A stretch of DNA of 64,000 nt from Minisyncoccia bacterium (GTDB lineage Bacteria > Patescibacteriota > Minisyncoccia > Phycocordibacterales > UBA1006), in NCBI GenBank assembly GCA_044229075.1, contig JBGATS010000004.1, positions 878 to 64,877 on the forward strand, written 5' to 3'. Of this stretch, positions 30,688-39,533 are shown piece by piece (position 1 is the first letter of the stretch; each line of letters opens with the position of its first letter). The notes under the pieces are model-generated. The model was not told where the DNA came from, searched no databases, and saw only the letters and a program-made list of their open reading frames with translations. A program made the translations under genes and the position numbers.

Positions 30688-30840
30688 AATATAATAATTA
30701 CCTGTGGTCAGGGTATGAAGCTCCCTTCTCACGATTATCAGAATAAACTAATAGCGTAACAAAGCCTATACTACGGATTTTTTGGGAAATGTAAAGAAGT
30801 ATTATTTGAATAATCACACTACTATTGCTATACTCATACT

Positions 30841-31344
30841 ATGGAACACCTATTTCAATTACGTATGACAGATTCTCTGGGCGGAACATCATTGCTCGAT
30901 ATTGGTGCACGCGATACACGATTAGCAGAAATTTTGAGTAAAGAAGGTTTTTCAAAAATAACCCTTCTTGATAAAAACGAAATTGTTGGAGAAGTTGAGA
31001 GAGAGAGAGTAGAAATAATTCATATGCCACTGGAATTATTTATACCAAAAGATTCATATGATTTGGTCGTTTGTCGGCACGTACTCCCCTTTGTAGAAGA
31101 CCCCTTGGAACAACTTGAACGAATACTCTCATTTGGAACGATTACTTATTTTACTCTTTTTGGTACTAATGACGACCGGAAAAAATTACATCTGGTAACC
31201 AAAGATCAAATCGAGGAAGTATTACAAAAGTTTCCGAATCTTGAAATTCGTTATCAAGGTGAATCAACATTCAAAGGAAAATTATATAATGGAGATATTA
31301 TTAATTGGCATTTATTTACCTATATCACAAAAAAGACCCTCTAG
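30841..31344 (+). CDS. Class I SAM-dependent methyltransferase
   Basis: LLDIGA, YDLVVCRHVL. Confidence 0.75.
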   Translation: MEHLFQLRMTDSLGGTSLLDIGARDTRLAEILSKEGFSKITLLDKNEIVGEVERERVEIIHMPLELFIPKDSYDLVVCRHVLPFVEDPLEQLERILSFGTITYFTLFGTNDDRKKLHLVTKDQIEEVLQKFPNLEIRYQGESTFKGKLYNGDIINWHLFTYITKKTL

Positions 31345-31355
31345 GTGGGTCTTTT

Positions 31356-31904
31356 TTATAATTTCTTTACCTGTACAAAATCAAGTTCCACAGATGTTTC
31401 TCGTCCGAACATATTCACCATAACTTTTACCTTACCACGATCATGATCTACCTCGGAAACATGACCTTCCATATCCTTGAACGGTCCGTCGGTAATAAAT
31501 ACCACTTCGCCCTCGGTGACCAATATGGTGTGTTTTGCTTTTTCAGCACCCTCCATGCGTGAAAACAGGAAGTCGATCTCCTCTTGCGATACAGGAACCG
31601 GTGTTGTACCAGAACCAACAAATCCAGTCACCCGTGGCGTGTTACGCACAATATACCACGAGTCGTCATCTACAATCATATCTACCAATACATATCCGGG
31701 ATAAATGCGTTCTTCTACTTCTACTTTTTTACTTCCTTTGATTTTTACGACTTTTTCCGTAGGAACTACAACGTTAAAAATTTTATCGGTCACTCCCAAT
31801 GATTCTGCGCGTTGCTTTAAATTACGCATTACTGCGTTCTCGTACCCTGCATAGGTGTGAATCGCATACCAATTGCGACCCTGTTGCATTTCTTGTCGTG
31901 ACAT
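31356..31904 (-). CDS. nusG: Transcription termination/antitermination factor NusG
   Basis: WYAIHTYAGYE, YPGYVLV, VRNTPRVTGF, KOW, MFGRET. Confidence 0.98.
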   Translation of the reverse strand: MSRQEMQQGRNWYAIHTYAGYENAVMRNLKQRAESLGVTDKIFNVVVPTEKVVKIKGSKKVEVEERIYPGYVLVDMIVDDDSWYIVRNTPRVTGFVGSGTTPVPVSQEEIDFLFSRMEGAEKAKHTILVTEGEVVFITDGPFKDMEGHVSEVDHDRGKVKVMVNMFGRETSVELDFVQVKKL

Positions 31905-31934
31905 AGAAAGATAAAAAGAAAATAATGAATAATA

Positions 31935-32120
31935 CTATCGAGTAATGGCAGCTTGGAGTAACTTACTAAAGATTCCATCAAAGAGTCCGAGGTAAAAACC
32001 GGTCGCTAATGACAAAATAATCACAATGAGCGTGTGCCCAAAAGCCTCCATCGGAGAAAGCCAGGTAGTTTTTTTTGCTTCACTGATAACTCCTTTGAAA
32101 AAGGTTACAACTGAATTCAT
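31935..32120 (-). CDS. secE: Preprotein translocase SecE
   Basis: EAKKTTW plus one TM; upstream of nusG. Confidence 0.9.
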   Translation of the reverse strand: MNSVVTFFKGVISEAKKTTWLSPMEAFGHTLIVIILSLATGFYLGLFDGIFSKLLQAAITR

Positions 32121-32144
32121 AATGGATCAAGTATATCAGAAACC

Positions 32145-32193
32145 ACATAAAATACAAGGGGGACGCCTGCGGCGCCCCCCTTGTATTTTATGT
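32145..32193 (+). repeat. CCTGCGGCG-apex hairpin family, copy 1
   Basis: ACATAAAATACAAGGGGGACGCC-TGC-GGCGCCCCCCTTGTATTTTATGT. Confidence 0.85.
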
Positions 32194-32282
32194 AATTGAC
32201 TTTTTATAAAAAAAGAGTATCGTGATATCAAAGTCTCAAAACGAGACCAAAAAAGATTTTTCACCTTAAAAAATATAATATA

Positions 32283-32831
32283 ATGAAAAAATTACTTTTA
32301 TTAGTATTTGTCATGATACTCTGGCAAACTAATTTCAGCCAAAATGGATGGAATCGTATTTCCTATGGAAATCAAAACCAAACATTTAATCAAACAGTAA
32401 CTATTACTGATAATGGTTACACAGGAACTGCAATTGTTCCCTTCCCGGTTGGCGCCAGTAATCTTTCCTGGCTGAAAAGAGGAAGTGCATACTATGCCAA
32501 ATGTTTTTGGAATGGTACCTGGTATGAAAGATTGATTCCCAATATTTATTGGTATCAACCACGCGCATACAATCAACAGTTTAATCAAAACTGGAATTGT
32601 CAGGTCAACGTACCTGCAGGATATAACTACCTTGGGTACGGTAACAATAATAATAACTATTACGCCGACTATTATTATGGCGGTAATTATTACCGACAAC
32701 CAATTGGTCTCAATGTTGCCTCAATCATCCTTAATATTGGAGCCTCAATTGTAAATAATTTACAAGGGAATCAACTTGGTTGGAATAACAATTGGAATAA
32801 CCAATATCCAAACGGAAATTGGAAATGGTAA
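32283..32831 (+). CDS. Secreted N/Q/Y/G-rich low-complexity protein
   Basis: Signal peptide ending NFS/Q; Asn/Tyr/Gln-rich tracts. Confidence 0.7.
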   Translation: MKKLLLLVFVMILWQTNFSQNGWNRISYGNQNQTFNQTVTITDNGYTGTAIVPFPVGASNLSWLKRGSAYYAKCFWNGTWYERLIPNIYWYQPRAYNQQFNQNWNCQVNVPAGYNYLGYGNNNNNYYADYYYGGNYYRQPIGLNVASIILNIGASIVNNLQGNQLGWNNNWNNQYPNGNWKW

Positions 32832-32892
32832 AAGAACAAGGAGCTACTCATCGAGTAGCTTTTTTTAATGCATCTGCTATGATATGCATCAT

Positions 32893-33282
32893 ATGAAAAA
32901 ACCATTAATACATGTAAAAAAATCAAAAACAGGCATGGGATTATTCGCAGGACAGAATATTAAAAAAGATACGAAAATTATCGAATACATTGGCGAGAAA
33001 ATATCCGACGCCGAGGCACAGCGTCGTGGTGGGCAATACTTGTTTGAAATTAATAATAAATGGACCATCGATGGATCACCGCGCTATAATAAAGCCCGGT
33101 ATATTAATCACCAATGTGGCCAAGGGAACTGTGATGCACTGAATGTGCGTGATCATATTTTCATCTATGCATTCCGTGATATTGCCGAGGGTGAGGAACT
33201 CACCTATAATTATGGCGATGAATTTTTCGAGGAACATATCAAACCAAAAGGCTGTAAATGTACAACCTGTAACCCATCCTAA
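32893..33282 (+). CDS. SET-domain protein-lysine methyltransferase
   Basis: GMGLFA, ARYINHQC, GEELTYNY, post-SET CKCTTC. Confidence 0.92.
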   Translation: MKKPLIHVKKSKTGMGLFAGQNIKKDTKIIEYIGEKISDAEAQRRGGQYLFEINNKWTIDGSPRYNKARYINHQCGQGNCDALNVRDHIFIYAFRDIAEGEELTYNYGDEFFEEHIKPKGCKCTTCNPS

Positions 33283-33345
33283 ATACAAAACCACCCATAC
33301 GGGTGGTTTTGTTGAGGAGTAATCACTCATTCACACAATGGTTGA

Positions 33346-35871
33346 TTATTCCTTTGGAGTTGGACGATACGGAGTATAGTCAACTTCTTCATGGGTTACC
33401 ACATTTTTTGGGGCAACCGGAATATCTTCACGATTGGTATAATAATGATGATGTTCCTCTCGGCGAGTCATGTAACGAATCACCAAGATGACCAAGATGA
33501 GTAAGAGGATCAGGAAGAGCCATCCTGCCAATGTTCCTGGAAGATTCCCCAGACCAAAGATTGATGCGCCCAACACTTGATTCTGTGACGCGACAAAAGT
33601 GTCAGAGTCATATGCAATTGCATTCTCTTGTGCTTGTCGGTTTTCAGGGTTTTCGAATGCGATAATTGCACGTGCAGTTACCGGATCATTTTCTTTCAAG
33701 TTTCCTACCACCTTTGTTCGGATGGTAATATCATCTTTTTCAGAAATACGTAGTTCATCGATGTTTACGTATACCGCATTCGCATCACGGTCAATCTGAC
33801 CACGGTCAGTACTGGTGATTTGGAGTGCTTTCGGGAAAGTGATTTCGAGTACGAGATCCTTGATATCAACATTAGAGATATTTTCCCATGCAACGTCGTA
33901 TACCAATTCTTCGTTTCGCGCTACGGTGTCACGACTGTTATCAATCGTTAATCGTACATAGCGAGCTCCGCCTACTGCACCGGTTACTACAGTATTTGCC
34001 ACAGGGGCAGTAACTTCGCGAACAACGGTTGTTCGTACAATTCCTGTAGATGTAGTACTTTTTACGGTAGTAGTTCCCTTGCGTGCAGTACTGAATGAAT
34101 AGGTAGTTCCTTTCACAGTACCATTACAATTTTCTACCACTGCTCGGTAATAATATGTTACACCAGGAGTAAGACCCGTAAGTGCTTGCGCCATTGATCC
34201 CGATGTTGATCGGGTAACTGACCCAGTCGCTTGTCCTAATGATGATGCAGACGTTCCATATTCAAAATACGTTCGTCCAGAACATCCGTTCATGTTGTAA
34301 AATCCATCAATCACCGCAGTCGTGTATCCAATAGATACTGGTGTGAGTGTTTGTGCTGTTGGGTCACTACTGATAGGTGGAGGTGTACCCTTTTCAATAA
34401 TAAATCGAACCCATTCACCACATACTACGTCACCATTGTTCGCACATGCGCGGTATTCATAGGTACCATTTGCAAAACCTGTTTGCACATAGCTAAATCC
34501 ATGTGATGCATTACTGTATGATCCTGCGCTTGGTGTTGCTCGTTCTGAACCATTGATTGGTCGCCAGATGAAATAGGTAGTACTCACATATCCATCATTG
34601 TTGTAAAAATTTCCCTGCAGTGTCGCAGAACCGTTCGTATTATTCACTGATGGTGAACCGGTTGCAACAGAGATATTATTTTGTGGTGGTTGTGGATTAT
34701 TAGTGATAGTAAATTGCCGAACAACTCCTTCATTATCACCATTGTCATCACTCGCACACGCAGCATAATTATATGTTCCTGTAGACAGCCCGTTTAATAC
34801 TTTTGAGAAATTAGCAGAAGAGCTGTTTCCAGAATATGACGCAGAAACAATACGAACTTCTTCCTCATTAACAGGGTTAATAATAAAACAGGTAGTAACA
34901 GAACCTTCTGCGTTAGAAAATGATCCATTTAATGTAACAGATCCTTGCCCATTTACAGAAGCTCCTCCAGTAACCACATCAGGACCATTCCCTTGTGAAG
35001 AATTTCCAATTGTGAATGATTCCCACCCACTGGCAGATGCGCTACCATACACGTTCGCACCACATGCCTGGTAGTAATACGTTCCTGCAGACAGTCCAGA
35101 GAGGTTTAATGAGAAATTCCCTGTTGTTCCTGATGGCAGGTTTGCATCTCTTTTTACAACATCTCCGTTTGGATATTTTACATCGAAACATGCTTTTGTT
35201 GCAGAATAATTAGAACTGTAGGTACCGTTAATAGTAGCACTACTGGTCCCTACGTTTGATACTTGTTGGTTCTGAATCGTTGGTGCAGATCCGGTTGGAG
35301 TATTCGCAACTACCTTGAATACTGCTTTAACTACTCCTTGATTTTCCCATCCTGGATTTACGGTTCCAATATTGATTCCTCCTGCGTTAAAAATCTGAGT
35401 AGGGTTTGATAACGCAGTCCAACTTCGGTTACTTTGTGTTTGTACATACGCACCTACAAACGTAATAGTTGAATTTTGTTGGAGGGTAATTGATCGCTCT
35501 CCACTGTCTACAGCAGATCCATTAATATATACTTGTCCTATGGTTGAAAAAGTACTTGCAGATTTGTTCCCACGAAAATCAGTTACTCGTGCAGAAACGT
35601 TTGGAGCAGGTGCATCTCCATTATTATGGAAATATACTGCGAGGTTAATAGTATCCCCATCGCCAACAGTAATATTGGTGCCCGGCCAACATGCAGTATT
35701 TGCATCTTGTGGATTGTCTGTCGCATTGACCACCATATAGGTTGGACAATCGTTCGAAGCGGAATTCATTGAATATCCTGCAAACGCGGTTTGTGTAGAA
35801 ACACTAAAACCTACCATTGCAATCAATGCAATCATTCCGATTTTTGTTATTTTTGATAAAATATTTTTCAT
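33346..35871 (-). CDS. Large surface protein with repeated FN3-like modules, DUF11-like domain and C-terminal TM
   Basis: Signal peptide; four GTY.Y.AC / YYYRA repeats; C-terminal hydrophobic anchor. Confidence 0.8.
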   Translation of the reverse strand: MKNILSKITKIGMIALIAMVGFSVSTQTAFAGYSMNSASNDCPTYMVVNATDNPQDANTACWPGTNITVGDGDTINLAVYFHNNGDAPAPNVSARVTDFRGNKSASTFSTIGQVYINGSAVDSGERSITLQQNSTITFVGAYVQTQSNRSWTALSNPTQIFNAGGINIGTVNPGWENQGVVKAVFKVVANTPTGSAPTIQNQQVSNVGTSSATINGTYSSNYSATKACFDVKYPNGDVVKRDANLPSGTTGNFSLNLSGLSAGTYYYQACGANVYGSASASGWESFTIGNSSQGNGPDVVTGGASVNGQGSVTLNGSFSNAEGSVTTCFIINPVNEEEVRIVSASYSGNSSSANFSKVLNGLSTGTYNYAACASDDNGDNEGVVRQFTITNNPQPPQNNISVATGSPSVNNTNGSATLQGNFYNNDGYVSTTYFIWRPINGSERATPSAGSYSNASHGFSYVQTGFANGTYEYRACANNGDVVCGEWVRFIIEKGTPPPISSDPTAQTLTPVSIGYTTAVIDGFYNMNGCSGRTYFEYGTSASSLGQATGSVTRSTSGSMAQALTGLTPGVTYYYRAVVENCNGTVKGTTYSFSTARKGTTTVKSTTSTGIVRTTVVREVTAPVANTVVTGAVGGARYVRLTIDNSRDTVARNEELVYDVAWENISNVDIKDLVLEITFPKALQITSTDRGQIDRDANAVYVNIDELRISEKDDITIRTKVVGNLKENDPVTARAIIAFENPENRQAQENAIAYDSDTFVASQNQVLGASIFGLGNLPGTLAGWLFLILLLILVILVIRYMTRREEHHHYYTNREDIPVAPKNVVTHEEVDYTPYRPTPKE

Positions 35872-36005
35872 AATTGTTTATTGTGTGAATTAAATGATAA
35901 ACAAGGGTAGTATAGCATATTTGATATTTATTGTCAAGGTTTCACCAGAAATCATTTATACTGTCAAGAACCCATCAGAAAACTTCATGCATACATAAAA
36001 TTCAC

Positions 36006-36038
36006 AATACAAGAGGGGCACCTGCGGCGCCCCTCTTG
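36006..36038 (+). repeat. CCTGCGGCG-apex hairpin family, copy 2
   Basis: AATACAAGAGGGGCACC-TGC-GGCGCCCCTCTTG. Confidence 0.8.
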
Positions 36039-36108
36039 ATATGTATATTCCCAAAAAACTTCAACAAAAAAAAGCCCGGAACGTATCCAGACGGCTTTTA
36101 TTCAATTT

Positions 36109-36948
36109 TTATTGTATGATAGTGTTTCCTATCAATGGTCCACTACTACCTACAGGTTGTTGTGACGTGTTGGTTAGGGGAATAATAACCCCCCCGTTAA
36201 ACCTCGGGTCGTTATCAGAAATAGTACTCCCTGTAAGAGGTCTCCCTGTTGAAGTACTAGTACTAGTGCTAGTGCTAGTGCTAGCAGGAACTGTCATTGT
36301 TCCTCCAGTAAATGGAGTACCACTTGTTCCTTGTTGTGCGGTAGTGGTGTTAATAATAATATTATCTTGATAAAGTCCAGCTTTGACATTTCTGTCATTT
36401 TGGACATCAAAATAAGTTTTTTCAACTAAACCAAAGGTTTCAAGTCCGGTTTTAACAATACCTAAACCCAGATCTGCTTTTCGTTTCCTGTTAGCAATCT
36501 CGAGCTCCAATTCTTTTAATTCAGCTTGTTTTGCTTGCCAAGCAATATCATTATTAAGCTTCAATTTTTCTACTTCTAATGTCTGCATTTGTAATTGGAT
36601 TTTCATTTTTTCCAGCTCAGGATCATACGTTTGAACAGAATTATAATTTCTGTTATCTACGTTTGATGGTTGTTGGTTTTGTTGCTGCTGACTGTTGTTA
36701 TTGTTATTAATAACAGTGCATGTTTTACAAACAAAATAATATGTATTATCTGCATAATATACACCGTATATGTTCCCAGCTTGTAGTTGGTTGTTATACG
36801 CTGCCAATGTTGCATAAAGCTTGTCAGATATTGGAGCAACAACATCAGTTTGGTAAACAGCATTTGCTGGTAATTGCTGCGCATTACCATTAACTGCACA
36901 GAAAGCGATAATTAATACCGCAACGATTTTTTTAATTGTATTTCTCAT
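36109..36948 (-). CDS. Secreted hypothetical protein with coiled coil and S/T-rich tail
   Basis: Signal peptide ending GNA/QQ. Confidence 0.75.
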   Translation of the reverse strand: MRNTIKKIVAVLIIAFCAVNGNAQQLPANAVYQTDVVAPISDKLYATLAAYNNQLQAGNIYGVYYADNTYYFVCKTCTVINNNNNSQQQQNQQPSNVDNRNYNSVQTYDPELEKMKIQLQMQTLEVEKLKLNNDIAWQAKQAELKELELEIANRKRKADLGLGIVKTGLETFGLVEKTYFDVQNDRNVKAGLYQDNIIINTTTAQQGTSGTPFTGGTMTVPASTSTSTSTSTSTGRPLTGSTISDNDPRFNGGVIIPLTNTSQQPVGSSGPLIGNTIIQ

Positions 36949-37127
36949 TTTTTTTTAAATTTATTTGTTAAGTAATTCTAAAACCTTGATAGAACTATCC
37001 AGATCTTGGAATTACTTAATCAAATAAATTGTTATGAAGAAATACACTTTTTTTGTGAAAGAACTCTTTAACATAGGGTTTCCTATGTTCTTACGGGTAG
37101 TATAGCATATTGGGGTTTTTTTGTCAA
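36949..37127 (-). promoter_or_regulatory. Promoter plus structured 5' leader (copy C)
   Basis: TTGACA-17-TATACT; hairpin AACATAGGAAACCCTATGTT; GTTCTTTCACAA; long hairpin TTAAGTAATTC...GAATTACTTAA. Confidence 0.75.
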
Positions 37128-37225
37128 GTAATTTTGAGATTAAATTTAGATATGACAAAAAACAAAAAAATAACCCTATTCTGTGTGAATAGGGTGCCCG
37201 ATAACGTGGGTCGACGTTTTAAATT

Positions 37226-38209
37226 TTAAAAATCATAATCTGAGCTTTTTGGACCAGAGTTATTAATATTGCTTTGTTGTAATAATACAGCGCTCGTTGG
37301 ATTATTACTCAACACAACAGCATTTTTTACTTCTTGACCTTGGTTTCCATTGATAACAACTGCTTTATCAGAAACCCTACCATTGGTATTACATGGTATA
37401 ACCACTGCTTTTTTAGGACAATCAAACACTACTGCTTTTGGTGTAGTTTGAGCTGGCTTTTCCTCCGATGTTGGTAATTTTTTCAAATGACCTGCGATCC
37501 AACTGGTACTCGGTGTATTAAAGCAATACGCCGAACCAGAGAACATCGGCTCATAACCGAAATCAGACAAGTCAATCCACCAACCACCTTCGGCTTCACC
37601 AGATCCACCAAGGGTGTGCGCCTTTCTTGGTAAAGGGAAAATTTTATTGTTGGTGATATCTACACCATCAAAATAAATTTCCTCTCCTGTTGGAGTATTT
37701 GTGTAATATACACGACTACTTTCAAAAACTTTGACAACATCTTCTATTGTAGAAAACATTTCCAAATTGTAGGTTGCAGCCAATTTTCCACCAACTGCGC
37801 TGTTGAGCGCGTTGTAAAATGCAATCAACGATTCATTATGTCGTTGTTGCATTATTGGCAAGTACTTCATGTACTCACTGTACGATAACCCGTCATACAA
37901 ACGGCCATCGTTTTTTTGGAGTGGTGTACCATACAACATAAAAGCAATATAATCACTTTTATTTTTGTAATTAACCGCCTTGCTTGGTTCCTGGCAGATG
38001 CCATTTCCCCAAACCCTGAAGCGGCTGTAAACTAATTCTCCACTTGGTTTTTTCCAAATGTCGAAATAACCATTTTTTTCTTTGATATACATTGACGTAT
38101 CAAACGACAACGTTCCATGTCCTGTTGGTGTTGGACCTTGCTGTGCCTTTGTAGCAACAACAATACACATCACAATGGCGAGTGCTAAAAATTTAATTGT
38201 ATTCTTCAT
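37226..38209 (-). CDS. Secreted hypothetical protein
   Basis: Signal peptide ending TKA/QQ; C-terminal KAVV repeats. Confidence 0.75.
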   Translation of the reverse strand: MKNTIKFLALAIVMCIVVATKAQQGPTPTGHGTLSFDTSMYIKEKNGYFDIWKKPSGELVYSRFRVWGNGICQEPSKAVNYKNKSDYIAFMLYGTPLQKNDGRLYDGLSYSEYMKYLPIMQQRHNESLIAFYNALNSAVGGKLAATYNLEMFSTIEDVVKVFESSRVYYTNTPTGEEIYFDGVDITNNKIFPLPRKAHTLGGSGEAEGGWWIDLSDFGYEPMFSGSAYCFNTPSTSWIAGHLKKLPTSEEKPAQTTPKAVVFDCPKKAVVIPCNTNGRVSDKAVVINGNQGQEVKNAVVLSNNPTSAVLLQQSNINNSGPKSSDYDF

Positions 38210-38387
38210 TTTTTTTGATTTTATTTAATTAAGTAATTCAAAAACCTTGATAATCTGTATCCAGATCTTGGAATTACTTAATCAAATGTAAATTCAGAAT
38301 GAAAAATACAATTGTTGTGAAAGAACTATAACCATAGGATTTCTATGTTCTTATGGGTAGTATAGCATATTGGTATATATTTGTCAA
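38210..38387 (-). promoter_or_regulatory. Promoter plus structured 5' leader (copy D)
   Basis: Collinear homolog of 36949-37127 with the same stems and changed loops. Confidence 0.75.
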
Positions 38388-38458
38388 GTTATCAACAGAT
38401 AACTAAATTAAATAGAGACTACCAGCAAATGCTTGATAGTCTCGTATTTATTTAGTTT

Positions 38459-39031
38459 TTAACGGCCTGGAACCGTATTTGGTGTTGATTTGTTTTCTTC
38501 GCCTCCAACACCAGATTTTTTCGAATACATCAATTTTTGCCCTGACCCAACTATTTGCCATAATTGTCCGTCACCTAGTTTTATATACCCAGGACGTGCC
38601 GGATCTTGTTTTAAAACAAATTCCGTAGTTGGGCTAATACCTGTTGCAGTGAATGGAACCTTTACAACATCGCCATTTTTCATAGTGAACTCCATTTGGT
38701 AAATAATCCATCCATTGCCAATTTTCTCTTGCGAGAATCGGCACAGCTCCATATTTTTGATTCTATGTTCTTTATACAGCACAGAATCAACAATGTCGCC
38801 GCGTTCATTGACAAACGAGGTGTCTTTTACGTTTTTGAACGTAACTTCACCTTGGATTGCGAATTGAACTTCCAAATCTGATTTTTTTTGAATTTCACGT
38901 TTTTCTAGCGTGAAAATTCCCCATGTGTCGTTTTTTGTTTCAACGATTGGCGTTGAATTGTAAACGATTGTTTTTTTACTGCAGCTCGACATTACTAATG
39001 CGATTACTGCTAAAATAATTAATTTTTTCAT
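38459..39031 (-). CDS. Putative lipoprotein
   Basis: MKKLIILAVIALVMSS/C lipobox. Confidence 0.75.
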   Translation of the reverse strand: MKKLIILAVIALVMSSCSKKTIVYNSTPIVETKNDTWGIFTLEKREIQKKSDLEVQFAIQGEVTFKNVKDTSFVNERGDIVDSVLYKEHRIKNMELCRFSQEKIGNGWIIYQMEFTMKNGDVVKVPFTATGISPTTEFVLKQDPARPGYIKLGDGQLWQIVGSGQKLMYSKKSGVGGEENKSTPNTVPGR

Positions 39032-39125
39032 TTATTCTTTTTTTTTTGATTATTCAATTTTCTACTATTATATACCATAACGTATATTTTGTCAAGTTTT
39101 TTGTTGTGGAGGGGGAATACTGGGG

Positions 39126-39188
39126 GAAATACAGAAAAAAAAAGGGGGGGCGCCTGCGGCGCCCCCCCTTTTTTTTTCTCTGTATTTC
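39126..39188 (+). repeat. CCTGCGGCG-apex hairpin family, copy 3
   Basis: GAAATACAG-A9-G7-CGCC-TGC-GGCG-C7-T9-CTCTGTATTTC. Confidence 0.85.
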
Positions 39189-39241
39189 TTAAATTTACTC
39201 TAGCAAAAAATCTATACTACCAACAGTTAAAAGACTCCTTG

Positions 39242-39526
39242 TTATACTTCAATCTGCCCTGCAATCGCACGTACCTCATCCTGAATCCATATATCCAAAT
39301 CGGGAAACAATTCAGAAAGCGAAACTTGGTTAGTTGCGGTAGTAGTATGTATTCGGTGATACAGTGGCTCTATCTGATCCTGTGAAACTGTTTGTACTGC
39401 GCGTAGTGCAACAGATTGTATTACCATATCACTAATCTGGTGAACCATATCCTGTCGTTCAGTATCAGAAACCATATCCAGTCCACATGACAACGTTATT
39501 AATTTTTGAAAAACTTCATTGGTCAT
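39242..39526 (-). CDS. Small hypothetical protein
   Basis: 94-aa ORF immediately downstream of 39534..41030. Confidence 0.6.
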   Translation of the reverse strand: MTNEVFQKLITLSCGLDMVSDTERQDMVHQISDMVIQSVALRAVQTVSQDQIEPLYHRIHTTTATNQVSLSELFPDLDIWIQDEVRAIAGQIEV

Positions 39527-39533
39527 AGTAATT

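Noticed and set aside
36254-36284. (ACTAGT/GCTAGT)n hexamer repeat
   Set aside because: Encodes an in-frame Ser-Thr linker; ordinary low complexity
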